Source: Azolla caroliniana (taxonomy: Eukaryota > Plantae > Polypodiophyta). Taken from it: a DNA stretch of 64,000 bases. The stretch is taken from assembly GCA_043228905.1 (NCBI GenBank), contig JBHGNT010000020.1:14632001-14696000 (forward strand). The letters are read 5' to 3'. Shown here one piece after another: positions 24,770 to 37,000 of this stretch (positions are counted from its first letter, which is position 1; each line of letters opens with the position of its first letter). The translations under genes and the position numbers were made by a program. The notes beneath the pieces are model-generated. The model searched no databases. It had not been told where the DNA came from and was given only the letters and a program-made list of their open reading frames with translations.

Positions 24770-26153
24770 ACAGGAACTCGATATGCCGTATTGTGTTCCT
24801 GTATAAAGTTTGTTGGGAGACAGGTCCCTCCGGATGGGAAGGGAGAAGAACCCTAAACCCTGATGAGGAGTACCCGGCTTCAGAGAGCCGGATGGTGCAG
24901 ACCCGGTGAGAACCGGATGAGGAGTACCCGGCTACGGAGAGCCGGATGGTGCAGACCCGGTGAGAAGTGCTCACCGGATGGAGAGACATATTCGTAAATA
25001 TGTTTCTTAGAGTCCATCGAGGCTATATTTGTAAATAGCGGAAAAGTCATATTAGTATAAATATGACTTAGGGCAAACTTATTGAGCTGTATGTAGAGTT
25101 GTTGTTGTCATTCTTGTTGGCGCAAGAGATCAGAGCGTGTAATTGTGTACAGAGAGAGAGAGAGAGAGGAAGAGGTCGTTGCCTCTGTTGTAACCGCCGC
25201 CTGTGGCGAAGATAGAAAGCTCGAGGTTGTCGCCTCGGTGCTTTACTGTTGTACACTGTAACATAGTGATAGTTTGCAGCCTGTGGGCTGCCGTGGTTTT
25301 TTCCCTAGTTTGGGTTTTCCACATAAACATCCTGTGTACTCTTCTCTTCATTGTGTCATGCATTCATTCCTGTTTTTTTGTGTATGATTCTAAGCTCGGT
25401 TGTGGCCGAGCGTTGCGCATAGGGGAAGTTTAGTTCTCGTCAAAGTTCGTGTCTGTACATGAAATTGATGCAGGGTATCGAGTTCGTGTATCAAACACAT
25501 ACTTTAAATAGGAACTCGTTACGGTGTATCGAGTTCTTCTATAAAAAAGAGTTACATAACACTGGAACTCGATACACCGTATCGATTTCCTGTATAATAT
25601 TTGTGTTTTAGACAGGACCTCGATACGGCGTATCAATTTCCTGTATAAAATACAAATATTATACAGGACCTCGATACGGCGTATCGAGTTCCTGTTTAAT
25701 ATGCAAACATAATTCTGGAACTCGATACACCGTATCGAGTTCCTGTATTAAACAAAAATATTATACAGGAAATCGATACGCCATATCGAGTTCCTGTTTA
25801 AAAAGCAAAGAGAATAGAGGAACTCGATACGGCGTATCGAGTTCTTGTTTAAAAAACAAAGAAAACAGAGGAACTCGATACAGCGTATCGAGTTCCTATT
25901 TAAAACCTAAACTTTAAACAGGAACTCGATACACCGTATCAAGTTCCTGTTTAAAAAGCAAAGAAAAAAGAGGAACTTGATACAACGTATCGAGTTCCTG
26001 TTAAAAACCTAAACTTTAAACAAGAACTCGATACGCCGTATCGAGTTCCTGTTTAAAAAGCAAGGAAAAAAGAGAAACTCGATACACCATATCGAGTTCC
26101 TGTATAAAGTTTGTATTTTATACAGGAACTCGATACGGTGTATCGAGTTCTTG
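24770..26153. repeat. Array of about 15 palindromes (ACAGGAACTCGATAC-N3-GTATCGAGTTCCTGT), ~51-bp period, A/T-rich spacers; interrupted by a solo LTR
   Basis: Units seen at about 24770, 25461, 25509, 25561, 25612, 25663, 25714, 25765 ... 26122. Confidence 0.95.
24811..25442 (+). mobile_element. Family-A copia solo LTR, TSD AAGTT
   Basis: TGTTGGGAGA...CTCGTCA; AAGTT at 24806-24810 and 25443-25447. Confidence 0.93.
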
Positions 26154-27059
26154 AGTGACGAAATATAATTACAAAAATGTCTACAGTGTTAGAGGCTTAC
26201 CTGGAGTTTGAAGACATGGTTGATCTTGTTGAAGTGGAGGCAGAGACAGCGCTTTCGTGCTTTGTGCTTTGTGTGCTTTGTGTGCTTTATTCGCTCTGTG
26301 TGCTCCTGTATGCTCTTGTGTGCTCTTGTGAGTGAAATATGACGAGGTCTTCCTATAGGGATTGACCACAGTGGTTAAAGTAACCACAGTCACCTTAATT
26401 AGGGTTGGTAAGCTTGAGGTTAGTTAGTTAGTAACCACAGTCACATTAACCAGAGTAACTTATGATTGCATTAATGATTACAAAGTCAAACTATCATATT
26501 GATGAATCTTTTATAGTCATAATAACTTACAATGACTTTGAAGGTCATGAAGGACACAATGATAGAGGTTCATGCATGAACCAATGATTGATTACTGAAA
26601 GCAACATTTTTATGACTCTTAATTGCTGTGTATTAAAGATGTGGGCATGAATGAACCAATGATTGATAAGTCTAATATTTTAAATGGTGGGCATTAATGA
26701 ACCAATGATTGAGAAGTTCTATATCAAATATGGGTGCCATTAATTAGCCAATGATTTTAACTTTAATCCAACATATTTATGGCTTGCTAATGATTGTAAT
26801 TATATTATACTTGATTTAACTTCATATAGACCTAGTTTAAGTAATTATTGATATTTTAAATACAATTACTATATTAAAAATAATATTTTTTATGTATTGT
26901 ATTAATATAATATTAAATAATATAGACATTATATTGAGGGAGCTTTTGTTTAGAGAGGAGTTTATGTTTAGAGAGGAGTATATGTTTAGAGAGGAGCTTA
27001 TTAGATTTTTGCCTTAGCCTAAGCACATAACTTAAAGAGCCCTATCTAGACCTTAAGCC

Positions 27060-29876
27060 ATGAGTGATGATTCACCGTTCTCGATTGAAGAATATTGTTT
27101 GTCATCAGACTCATCGTTTTCTACCGAAGAGTATTGTTTGTCGACAAACTCACCATATTCTATTGAAGAATATTGTCTGTCGACAGACTCACCATATTCT
27201 ATCGAAGAATATTGTCTGAGCTCATCTTGACCTATGGGGAATGTAAATAATGACACATGTGAAGAGTTCTCTATTGAAGAATACGATATTACTAAAGATA
27301 TAGAGAATGAAGGTAATGCCAATGAAACATCGAATAACATTGGTGATGGTCACAACAAAGAATCCCACGAAAAATTTAGAAGAATCCCACGAAGTATTGT
27401 AACAAGTTTACACCAGCCTCTATGCAAGAAGAGAAATTTGGAAGCCCTATGCATATTAGAAGAATCCCACGAAAAATTTGTCTGGCTAGATTTAGCTTGG
27501 TGACATCAGATAAACAGATTGGATTTGATGTCAAAAAAATATGTTGTGCCCGTGGTTGTATGTCCATGATTGGAAAATCAAAGTTGCAAGAATTAAGGCG
27601 ATACTATTTTTTGATGACTGGTGATGAGCAAGACACTTACCTCGGGTCACATATGCAACTAGTATCTTAGAAATGTACGGGGATCAAAGTATCATTCGAG
27701 TATTATATCTTCCATGCACAATAGATATGTAGAGTTGCATTCAAAATTGCGTTATGTGTTAGTAACATGCGGCTACATAGAGTACAACAACGTCTACTTA
27801 ACAGGGATAAGATGCTCAATTGTAAAGAGGTTCCAAGTATGAAAGGTGCAATTGGAAGACATGCTATTGGTTGGATGAAAAGTTACTTTCAGTTAAATTG
27901 TGAAGTAATGCCCACTACAGGTAGGATGCACCTTTTTGATAATTACACACGTCGGGAAGTTTATGATGTCTATCGATCTGATATGGTGGGCTCACGTAAT
28001 AAGTCTGTCACATATAGCCAATTCACAAGATTATGGAGAGCTCGGTTTTCAAATGTTATCATTCCACGTAAACTACGCATGGGGTATTGCTCCATTTGTG
28101 CAAATCTTAAAAGTTTGGCCAAAGGTGCAGAGACATCAATGGAAAAGGATATGAGTAAGAAGTTACTACAAGAGCATCGTGAGGCACAATCGTTAGAACG
28201 AAAGAAGGCGATGCATCATAGAGAGAAGTGTTTGAAGAGGCCCGAACAATACATGTGCTTAATGATAGATGGCATGGACCAGAAGAAGACGTGCTTGCCG
28301 CATCTGCGGAGGCTCCCCAAAGATGTCAATGATGAGTTCCTTGTTCAAATGCACTTGGTGGGATGCTTGGCTTATAATAGGTCTGTTGGACCTCACGTCT
28401 TCATTACATACCCCAATGTTCACAATGATCCTAACCTAACAGTTACAGTGATTCATCGAGTTTTGATGTCTTGGGGCCAACCTTTCCCCCCTGTTCTATA
28501 CATTCAATTGGACAATACTACTCGAGAGAACAAAAATTCAACTGTGTTTGGCTATCTAAGTATGTTGGTCAACCAAGGATTGTTTAGGAAAGTGAAAGTC
28601 AATTTTCTTTTGGTTGGCCACACACATGACCATATAGATCAGATGTTTAGCACATTCTCCAAACAGTTGTCTTGGCATGATGCTTTTACTTTACCTAAAC
28701 TATTTGATGTCATTTGTGATGCATATACACCACGCCCAAAAGTGTTACACTTGAAGGAGGTATATGACTTTAAGAGATATATATCAGATGGGGGTGGTGG
28801 GAATGTTAAAGTGCTTGCCCGGTTAAACAATATAAGTTTCAATCACATTTTTATGATAAAGAAAAATGAAATAACTGGTTTTACACTTTTGTATGCTAAA
28901 CAATATTCATCTTCTACAACATGGGAACCTGAAGGTGGTTGCCAATTATTACTTTGTATGCCTGATACAATTGTCCATGGAGCTAAGCAAATGCCAATTG
29001 AGAAGAAAGGACAGTTGCAGAGTGTCCTGGTATCGGAACAAACACGGTCATGGCTCCAAGCCTTAGAAGAAAAAAGAAAGCATATTGAGGCCGCCAAGAA
29101 ATATGCTGCACAACAAGGCATGTCATGGTGGGATGTATTTTATATTGATCAGAAAGGAATTATAGATAATTGTATATTTGGTGATAATTGGAATTTGGAA
29201 ACGCCATTCACATGGTCGCTGCAAACATGATCGTGTAAATAGAACTCCGGAGCAACCACCAAATGCGATTAATGACAACTTGGTCCATCCACAACAAAGA
29301 GACATTTATGTGGGACCAAGGATGACCAAAGCAACCGAAGCTAGATGGCAAGGCAAATTGCAAGAGCTCACGGTGGGGATGTTGATTGCAACGCCGGCTG
29401 ATGAGAACTGACATGGCCACCAATTTTGGGTGGGTAAAATTCTAGAAGTGCTAATGCATGAAATAGAAAACACGATCAACTCTATAAACATTCATTGGTA
29501 CAACACTAGAAGTGCAAATGCTTTTACAGGTAAGTATACATTGGAGATGATTGAATGCCCAACAAGAAGGGGAGGTAGGAAGAGGAAGCGAAACATTCGT
29601 AACACCTCGACCCTTGATATCTCTGATGTGGATATCATCGTGTACGACTTCACACTTACAAAAGCCGGATGATTAAGGAAGTCAACAGTAGATATAATAA
29701 AAGAAAAATTACCAGGTCTACAAGGTGGCTCTACTCAAAGGCAAATGAGATCTGCTACATATAGTCTAGAGTCAAACCATTTGGTTTATGATGAAGATAA
29801 TGCATTAATTGGTACATCCGAGGATCACGAGGAGGAATCGTCATTGTATATTAGTTATAGTAGTGATTCTCCGTAA
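27060..29876 (+). pseudogene. Sola-like DDD transposase with N-terminal 13-aa repeats, Cys-rich region and C-terminal extension; stops and frameshifts flank a 487-aa intact core
   Basis: CLMIDGMDQ...YIQLDNTTRENKN...FLLVGHTHDHIDQMFS triad; CCARGC and CSICA motifs; lies inside the TIRs. Confidence 0.8.
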
Positions 29877-30244
29877 CGGAGTGATCATGAATGTATTTTT
29901 GGTTATTAAGTGTAACTACATTCCGCTTGTAACAAATCGAGTAATATAAAAGCATGTGTTTTGAATTCTTATGATTTCTAAAAAATTGTTTCTTATAAAA
30001 TAACATTGGTTGTAAAGTTTGTGATATAAATTGCGAATGTAACTTTTTGAAATTCCTCATTTTTTAGTTACTTCTAAATCACAAAAATATTGGATTTTTA
30101 ACCTTTTTCATAGTATATTTGAACATGTATGATACTAGTATCAATGTATTTTGTAAAATCATTGAAAAAGTACTAAAATCAACAAAAATATTCCTTGTCC
30201 TTCCATTTATGCGCGATCCTTCCACTTGTGAACGCGAACGTGTT

Positions 30245-31137
30245 ATTACCTATTGCTATGTCTGTGGCATCTATGAACACGTGGAATGGCTTTGCCCAAA
30301 CTAGTGGTTGTACGACGGGTGCTTGCGTTAGCATTACCTTTAGTGCATCATATGCCTTTTCCTCTGTAGCTATCCATTGGAAGGGAGTCTGATGAACGGC
30401 GGCATGTAACGGCGTGGCGAATTCCGCCAAATAGAGTATCATTCGATTGTGCCATTGTATTTGTCCTAAAAAACGGCTGAGTGATTTCGCGTTTGTCGGC
30501 ATTTTCGCTTGGGTAATTGCGGAGATTTTATTCGGATCGACTGCTATCCCTTCCTTGCTAAGTATATGGCCGAGGAGAGCCCTGCTGGTAACGCCAAAGG
30601 CACATTTGGCGGGATTCCGGCTTAAGCGTGCGGTGCGGCAACATTCTAGGCACAGTTATAGATGCGTAAAATGGCCGGTTGTTCTCCCATATACCGCAAA
30701 ATTATCTACAAAAACTTGCATGAAGGCCAGAATATATTCCCCAAAAATCTCCGTGATTGTCCGTTGAAATGTCGCCGGCGCCGTCTTTAGCCCGAACATC
30801 ATGACGACTGCAACATAGACTCCCCAGTCCGTGACAAACGCCGTCTTCTCTTGGTCGTCGGGGTGCATGCGTACTTGGTTGTACCCACTGAAGCCATCGA
30901 AAAAATTGTACATGTCATGCCCTACGACGGTGTCCAGTATGCTATCGGTGAAAGGTAAAGGGAATGTGTTTGTAATGGTTACGACGTTTAATTTTCGGTA
31001 GTCCACGCATACCCGAATTTTGCCATTTTTCTTTGGTACGACTACGATCAGGCTTAACCATGTAGCTTGTTTAACTGGCCATATGAATCCCGCCTTGAGG
31101 AGTTTGTCAATTTCTTCTTTTACGCGGGCCGCGTAGT
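30245..31137 (-). pseudogene. B1 RT and RNase H N-terminal part
   Basis: DYRKLNVVT..FPLPF..FFDGFSGYNQ..MMFGLKTAPATFQ..VFVDNF; KPFHVFIDATDIAIG. Confidence 0.92.
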
Positions 31138-31771
31138 TGTCGAGAACTCAACGCTCCCTCTGCGCAATGCTCGGCCACAACCGACCTTAGGATCATACAC
31201 AGAAAACGGGAAATAAATGCACGCGACACAAAGGAGAGAAAAGGTACACAGAATGTTTACGTGGAAAACCCAAAGAGGGAAAAACCACGGCAGTCCACAG
31301 GCTGCAAACTATCACTATGTTGGAATGTACAAAGCAGTGAGTTCACGGAGGCAACGACCTCGTACTCACGATCCTCGCCACAGGTAGCGGTTACAACAGA
31401 GGCAGCGACCTCTTTCTCTCTCTCTCTTTGTACACTATTACGTGCTCTCTCTACTTCTTGCACCAACAAGAAAATGACAACCACAACTGAAAGTTTGCCC
31501 TAAGTCATATTTATACTAATATGACTTTTTGGCTATTTACAAGTATAGCCTCGATGGACTCTCAAAAAAACATATTTACGAATATGTCTCTTCATCCGGT
31601 TCATACTGGGTCTGCACCATCCGGCTCTCCGTAGCCGGGTACTCCTCATCCGTTCATACCGGGTCTGCACCATCCGGCTCTCCGTAGCCGGGTACTCCTC
31701 ATCTGGTTTCGGTCGAGGCCGATAGGGACCGTTCTTCTCCCTTCCCATCCGGAGGGACCTGTCTCCCAACA
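31138..31771 (-). mobile_element. Family-A copia solo LTR, TSD GTAGT
   Basis: TGTCGAGAAC...CTCCCAACA; GTAGT at 31133-31137 and 31772-31776. Confidence 0.93.
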
Positions 31772-32579
31772 GTAGTTTGGGTTCATGCGGTATCAACGTT
31801 GTTGGACCGGTTTCGCGTCGGTCGCTAAATTGATCTTATGTTGATAAAACTTCGGATCTAACTGTTATGTACACATAACGTTGGTGAGGGTAGGTCACTA
31901 ATATTTACATTAGTGAAGGGTATGTTCACTATTATTAAAAAGGGGACTAATGATTGGATAGAATGAATGATATGTGCATGCACTATCATGATTTAGACAA
32001 CCAATGAATAGAGAGCCTTTTTAGAAAGGCACATCTATTCAAGGGGCCTAGGAAAAGGTATAAATATGAGGCTTAGCTACCCTCATAGGGGATCACGTCG
32101 GAAGGCTGCTGTCGTAGACACCGGTGGTGCGGGCTAGGCTTTCGTCTCGACGATCGTGTTTATCTCTTCCAAGGTATTAGTCATCCTAATATCCGGCGGT
32201 ATGGGACGTCGGTGGTAGGTTGGCTATGTCTAGATCATAGCTCGGGGGTGGTCGGGTGGAACGGGTTCTTCTATCCAATCTATTTTCTTCCTTTTTACTT
32301 GATTTGGTCTATTGATTAGTAATAGACTCTTAACAGTGGTATCAGAGCTTTTACTAACAATTTTTTTGTTGTTTTGATGTTTTTTGCGTGTGAGCGAGGG
32401 GGATCTAACAAGGCTCGTCATGCTCTTCTCAGGATCAAAACAACACTCTAAACCCGGTATTCTTCTTTTTTGATCTCTTCTCTTTTTCTATTATGCGTTC
32501 TTTATGGTCGAATCAAATTGGTATTACGTTTTATTCTCTTTCTTTCTACCTCCTACTACGCTACGATTTTACTTATTAT

Positions 32580-33110
32580 TATGCATCGGGCCGAGCGTGT
32601 TTGCACTAATCGCACACGCTCAACTCATGGCCTTTTGCATATTGCGATATATATCCCACTCTCTCCTCTCTTGAACTCTTACGATAATAATTATTCTTGT
32701 GCATTGGGTCGAGCGTGTTTGCTCTAATCGCACACGCTTATCTCATGGCCGTTTTGCATATGATGTTGAGTATACCACTCTTTCCCTCTATTGAGCCATC
32801 ACTTGGCCGATTCTAAGGGATGATGTGGCCTTGACGAGGTGTATGTTGCCTACCTATGCCACTCTACTCTCTATTAAGCCATCAATTGGCCGATTCTATG
32901 GGATGTTGTGGCCTTGACAAGGTATATGTAGCTTACATATGCCACTTTCCTTTTTAATTAGCCATCAATTGGCCGATTCTAAGGGATGATGTGGCCTTGA
33001 CGAGGTATATGTCACTTACCTATGCCACTTTCCTCTTTAATTAGCCATTACTTGGCCGATTCTAGGGATATGTGGTGGTCTTGAGGAGGTGCATGTCAAC
33101 TACCCTAGGG
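32580..33110. repeat. Tandem repeats in the chromovirus 5' leader (2 x ~120 bp, then ~4 x ~82 bp)
   Basis: GGCCGAGCGTGTTTGC..AATCGCACACGCT twice; GCCATCAATTGGCCGATTCTAAGGGATGATGTGGCCTTGACGAGGT four times. Confidence 0.85.
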
Positions 33111-34090
33111 TTTCGTATCTTAGGGCATGTTTGATTCCATACACCTAATTGTTGATTATTCTAATTAAATTTTAATTTCATAAGTATTGTTTCACTTATA
33201 TGATTTTCTAGTAATTATTATTTACCCGCCCACAATTAACTATCCTTTTTCCACTTCCTTTTCATGTATAAAGTATTTACATCGTTTATTTTTAATGTAA
33301 CCTTTACGTGTAGACTATTTTTTTTCGTATGGAGTGGCTTGTTGAACGATTTTTTTTTCAACGGGTCATCTAGGTTTAACTCTTATCATCAAGCCTTAGA
33401 AAACGAGTAAAACCATATGAGTTCCCTTATTGATGTTTTACTCATGGATTTGAGTATTACATCTTTGCGCACAACACCGTCATCACTTGTATCAATTTGT
33501 GGCTTATGTCACAATTGTGCAAGTTATAACAATCATATTGGGATGTATATGTGCATACCTTGCACTTCCCATTTATTTGTGACATTGTTTTTTTCGTAGG
33601 TAACACATGGGTTCTTTTTTTTACCCTTGTTTTCGTCACTACTTAACTCTTATGAGTAGTGCCTTATTTTATCATTTTATCATCACGTTTGCTTATTGCT
33701 CGCAAGACTAGAATATTACTTGTGAGTGCACTTGTTTTTTCACGTAATACACTTTCTCGACCATATAATACATGATGGGTTGGCATTAATATAAGGCTAT
33801 CTAGGAAATTTCATTGATGTAAGAACCATGGTTGAGCCTCGGGGAGCCGCCATGATTACTCAAGATAGAGATCCGAGAAATACATCTTAGCTATGTTTTC
33901 CCCCATGGTTTTTAAAACACCATAGTGTTACCATAGTTATCGGATCTCGAATCACATCTCATATGTCTAGAGGGGTAAAGACATGAGATACTTTCTTGGA
34001 TAAAGTTCTTTCAATCAAAATTTCAAGCATTCATTTTGCTTGTGTATTTTCTGAACCTCCTTATTTTATTGCATACCCACAGCGTGCATC

Positions 34091-37000
34091 ATGGAACAAG
34101 TTTTGAACGCAGTTGGAACGATCTCTCCAAATGAGACCTCTCAACCCCAATCCGCATCTCGCACACAAGCTGAGATCACTATTGAGCAATTGCTCACTAC
34201 TACCTTGAATCAATTGGCCGAAATGAGACAGGCCAATATGGCATTGGAAAAGAAATTCCAAGAATTAACTATTGAGTCCAAGAAAGAAGGTGAACCTTCC
34301 TTCGTAGTCACGCCTTTCAAGGGAGATAAGAAAGAAAGAACCGAGGAGGCCATTAGCACTTGGCTTGGTCGTTGGGAGTCTCACTTTGAGCTTCATCCCA
34401 AGCCCGATGCAGTAAAAATTGGTTATGTCGGTCGTGAGTTAGGTGGCCGAGCTGCTGCTTGGTGGCGTGGCCTAAGGACCGCAAAAAACTTACCCACAAC
34501 TTGGGAAGGTTTCGTTGATGTTTTTAAGAAACAATTCTTGCAGCCACCTTCTCAAACCGAACAAGCGCAACACTTGCTCACATTGTCTAGTAAGCCATTT
34601 ACCTCTCTCGAGGATTATGTGCATCACGCTCGGACCCAGATCCAAAAATCGGGACTTACGGGTGAGAAATGGTTTGTCGCTTGTTTTTTGAATGGTATTC
34701 CCAATGGGGATTATCATTGGATTGTCCATGACAAGGACCCCACAACTTTCGAGGAAGCCGTCAACATTGTGCTGCGATACCATAGGACTTCCAAGAAAGA
34801 CCACAATAAACCTGAGTTCGCCAAAACTCCGAATGTCAAGTTCATTGGGAAATGTAAGCAATCCAGTGACACTCTTGACCGCGACTCAAAGAAACCGAAC
34901 CTCTTCTGTGCATATTGCAAGAAGCGGGGCCACACAAAGGATACCTGTCGTCGTCTTGAGAGGAAGTCAATGAACACCCCTCCTCAAGACAAAACTACGA
35001 GTCACACAGGTGAGTCTTTTGATATTGTTGAAGTTCATACCAATCACTTAAGTTTATGTGAATGCACTTTTCCTTCACATTTACTTGGACCTAATGATTT
35101 ACTCCGAGCAGTCGGATATATCAATGGAACACAAGCACATTTCTTGTTTGATTTCGGTAGTTCTCACAATTTTCTTAATGATCACTTTGTGCAGCAAATG
35201 GAGCTCCACATAAACGCAAGTGATCATATCTATCAAGTTCACATGGCAAATGGAAACGTTCAATACATCAGTGGCATTGTTTGTCAACTGCCAATTCAAA
35301 TAGATACTTATTTGGAGAAGCTTGACTTTCATGTTATGAAATTACAATCCGCAGATGTCATTTTAGGATATCCTTGGTTTTTTAATAAAAACCCTTCTTT
35401 GTCCATTGATTGGGTTAATCACTCAATCACATTTGAACTTAATAATTGTAAACATTTTATTCAATGTTCCAAACTTCCTTCTCATTCACTTGTGTCTTCT
35501 AAATCTTTAAGTGAGTATTCTAGTTCATTAATTTATTCGTGTGTAATTGATCCTGCGGTTCAATTTTATTATTTTAATATTGACGCCACACAATTACCAC
35601 ATTTTGAGCAACGATTACTCGACTCTATTTTAGAGGATTTTCAAGATGTGTTTCCTACTGAATTACCGCTTACTTTACCACCTAAACGTAATGTGGACCA
35701 TCAAATTGAACTCATCCCTGGGGCTGCTCCTGTGAGCATTCCACCTTACCGACTTAGTCGATTAGAAGAGGATGAGATCGCTAAACAACTTAAGGAATAC
35801 TTGAGTATGGGCCACATTAGGTATAGTAAATCACCTTGGGGTGCGCCAGTTCTATTAGTCAAGAAGAAGGAAGGTTCGTGGCGAATGTGTATCAATTATC
35901 GCCGTTTGAATAAAATGACAATTAAGAATGCATATCCATTACCTCGTGCCGATGATTTGATTGATCGTTTGCACGGGGCTCGATATTTTACGAAAATTGA
36001 CTTACGAACTAGTTATCATCAGATTCGCATCGCCGAGGATGATATTCCTAAAACCGCTTTTCGTACGCGCTATGGCCATTATGAGTTTTTAGTCATGCCA
36101 TTTGGGTTGACTAATGCTCCAGCCACATTCCAACAAGCGATGAATGATGTTTTCCGAGATCAACTCGGTGATTTTGTTGTCGTCTTCTTGGATGATATTT
36201 TGATATATAGCCGTACCTTGCAAGATCATGTTCAACATGTTCGATTTGTTTTGCGAAAGTTGCGTGACAACTCTTTCTATGCAAAACATTCAAAATGTGA
36301 CTTCTTCCAAAAATCTATTGTGTACCTAGGTCATTTAATTACAGAAAATGGCGTTGAAATTGAACCTTCTCGTATTGAAAAGGTTAAACTTTGGCCCATT
36401 CCTCGTAATATTCGTGAACTTAGATCATTCTTAGGGTTTGTTGGATTTTTACGAAAATCAATTCGTAACTATTCCAAATTGACTACGCCATTAACTGACC
36501 TTTTAAAAGGTCATCCACGTAAGTCTGTCAAACCAATTTCATGGAATGAACAACTTGACAAATCATTTGAGACACTCAAGGAGCATGTGTGTCAGGCTCC
36601 CACTCTTCTATTACCAGACCCTTCTAAGCCTTTCTCAATTGAAACCGATGCTAGTGATTATGCTATTGGTGCCGTTCTTTATCAAGGTGGTCACCCTATT
36701 GCTTTTGAAAGTAAGAAGCTTGATGCTGCTCAATCTCGGTATTCGGTTCAAGAGAAAGAGTTGTTTGCGGTGATACACGCACTTAAAACATGGAGGCACT
36801 ATCTCTATGGAAATAAATTTGTGGTTACAACAGACCATCAATCATTAAAGTATTTTTGTGACCAGCCCGATCTTGTTGGTCGTAAAGGCCGTTGGTCTGA
36901 CCTTATGCAAGATTTTGATTTTTCCATACGATATCGCAAGGGTTCTATGAACACCGTTGCTGATGCTCTTAGTCGCATTAAAGAAGTTAACATGCTTAGC

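Larger units (their letters stand above)
19181..30244. mobile_element. 11-kb TIR DNA transposon (Sola-like) carrying a transposase and a ParB-methyltransferase gene
   Basis: 36-bp TIRs AACACGTTCGCGTTCACAAGTGGAAGGATYGCGCAT at 19181-19216 and 30209-30244 (1 mismatch). 4-bp TSD ACTA/ATTA; removing the element restores the B1 RNase H peptide AIGSAL. Confidence 0.9.

Noticed and set aside
24770-26153. CRISPR array (palindromic repeat with spacers)
   Set aside because: Spacers are short (~18 bp), A/T-rich and similar to each other; no cas genes; eukaryotic TE context.
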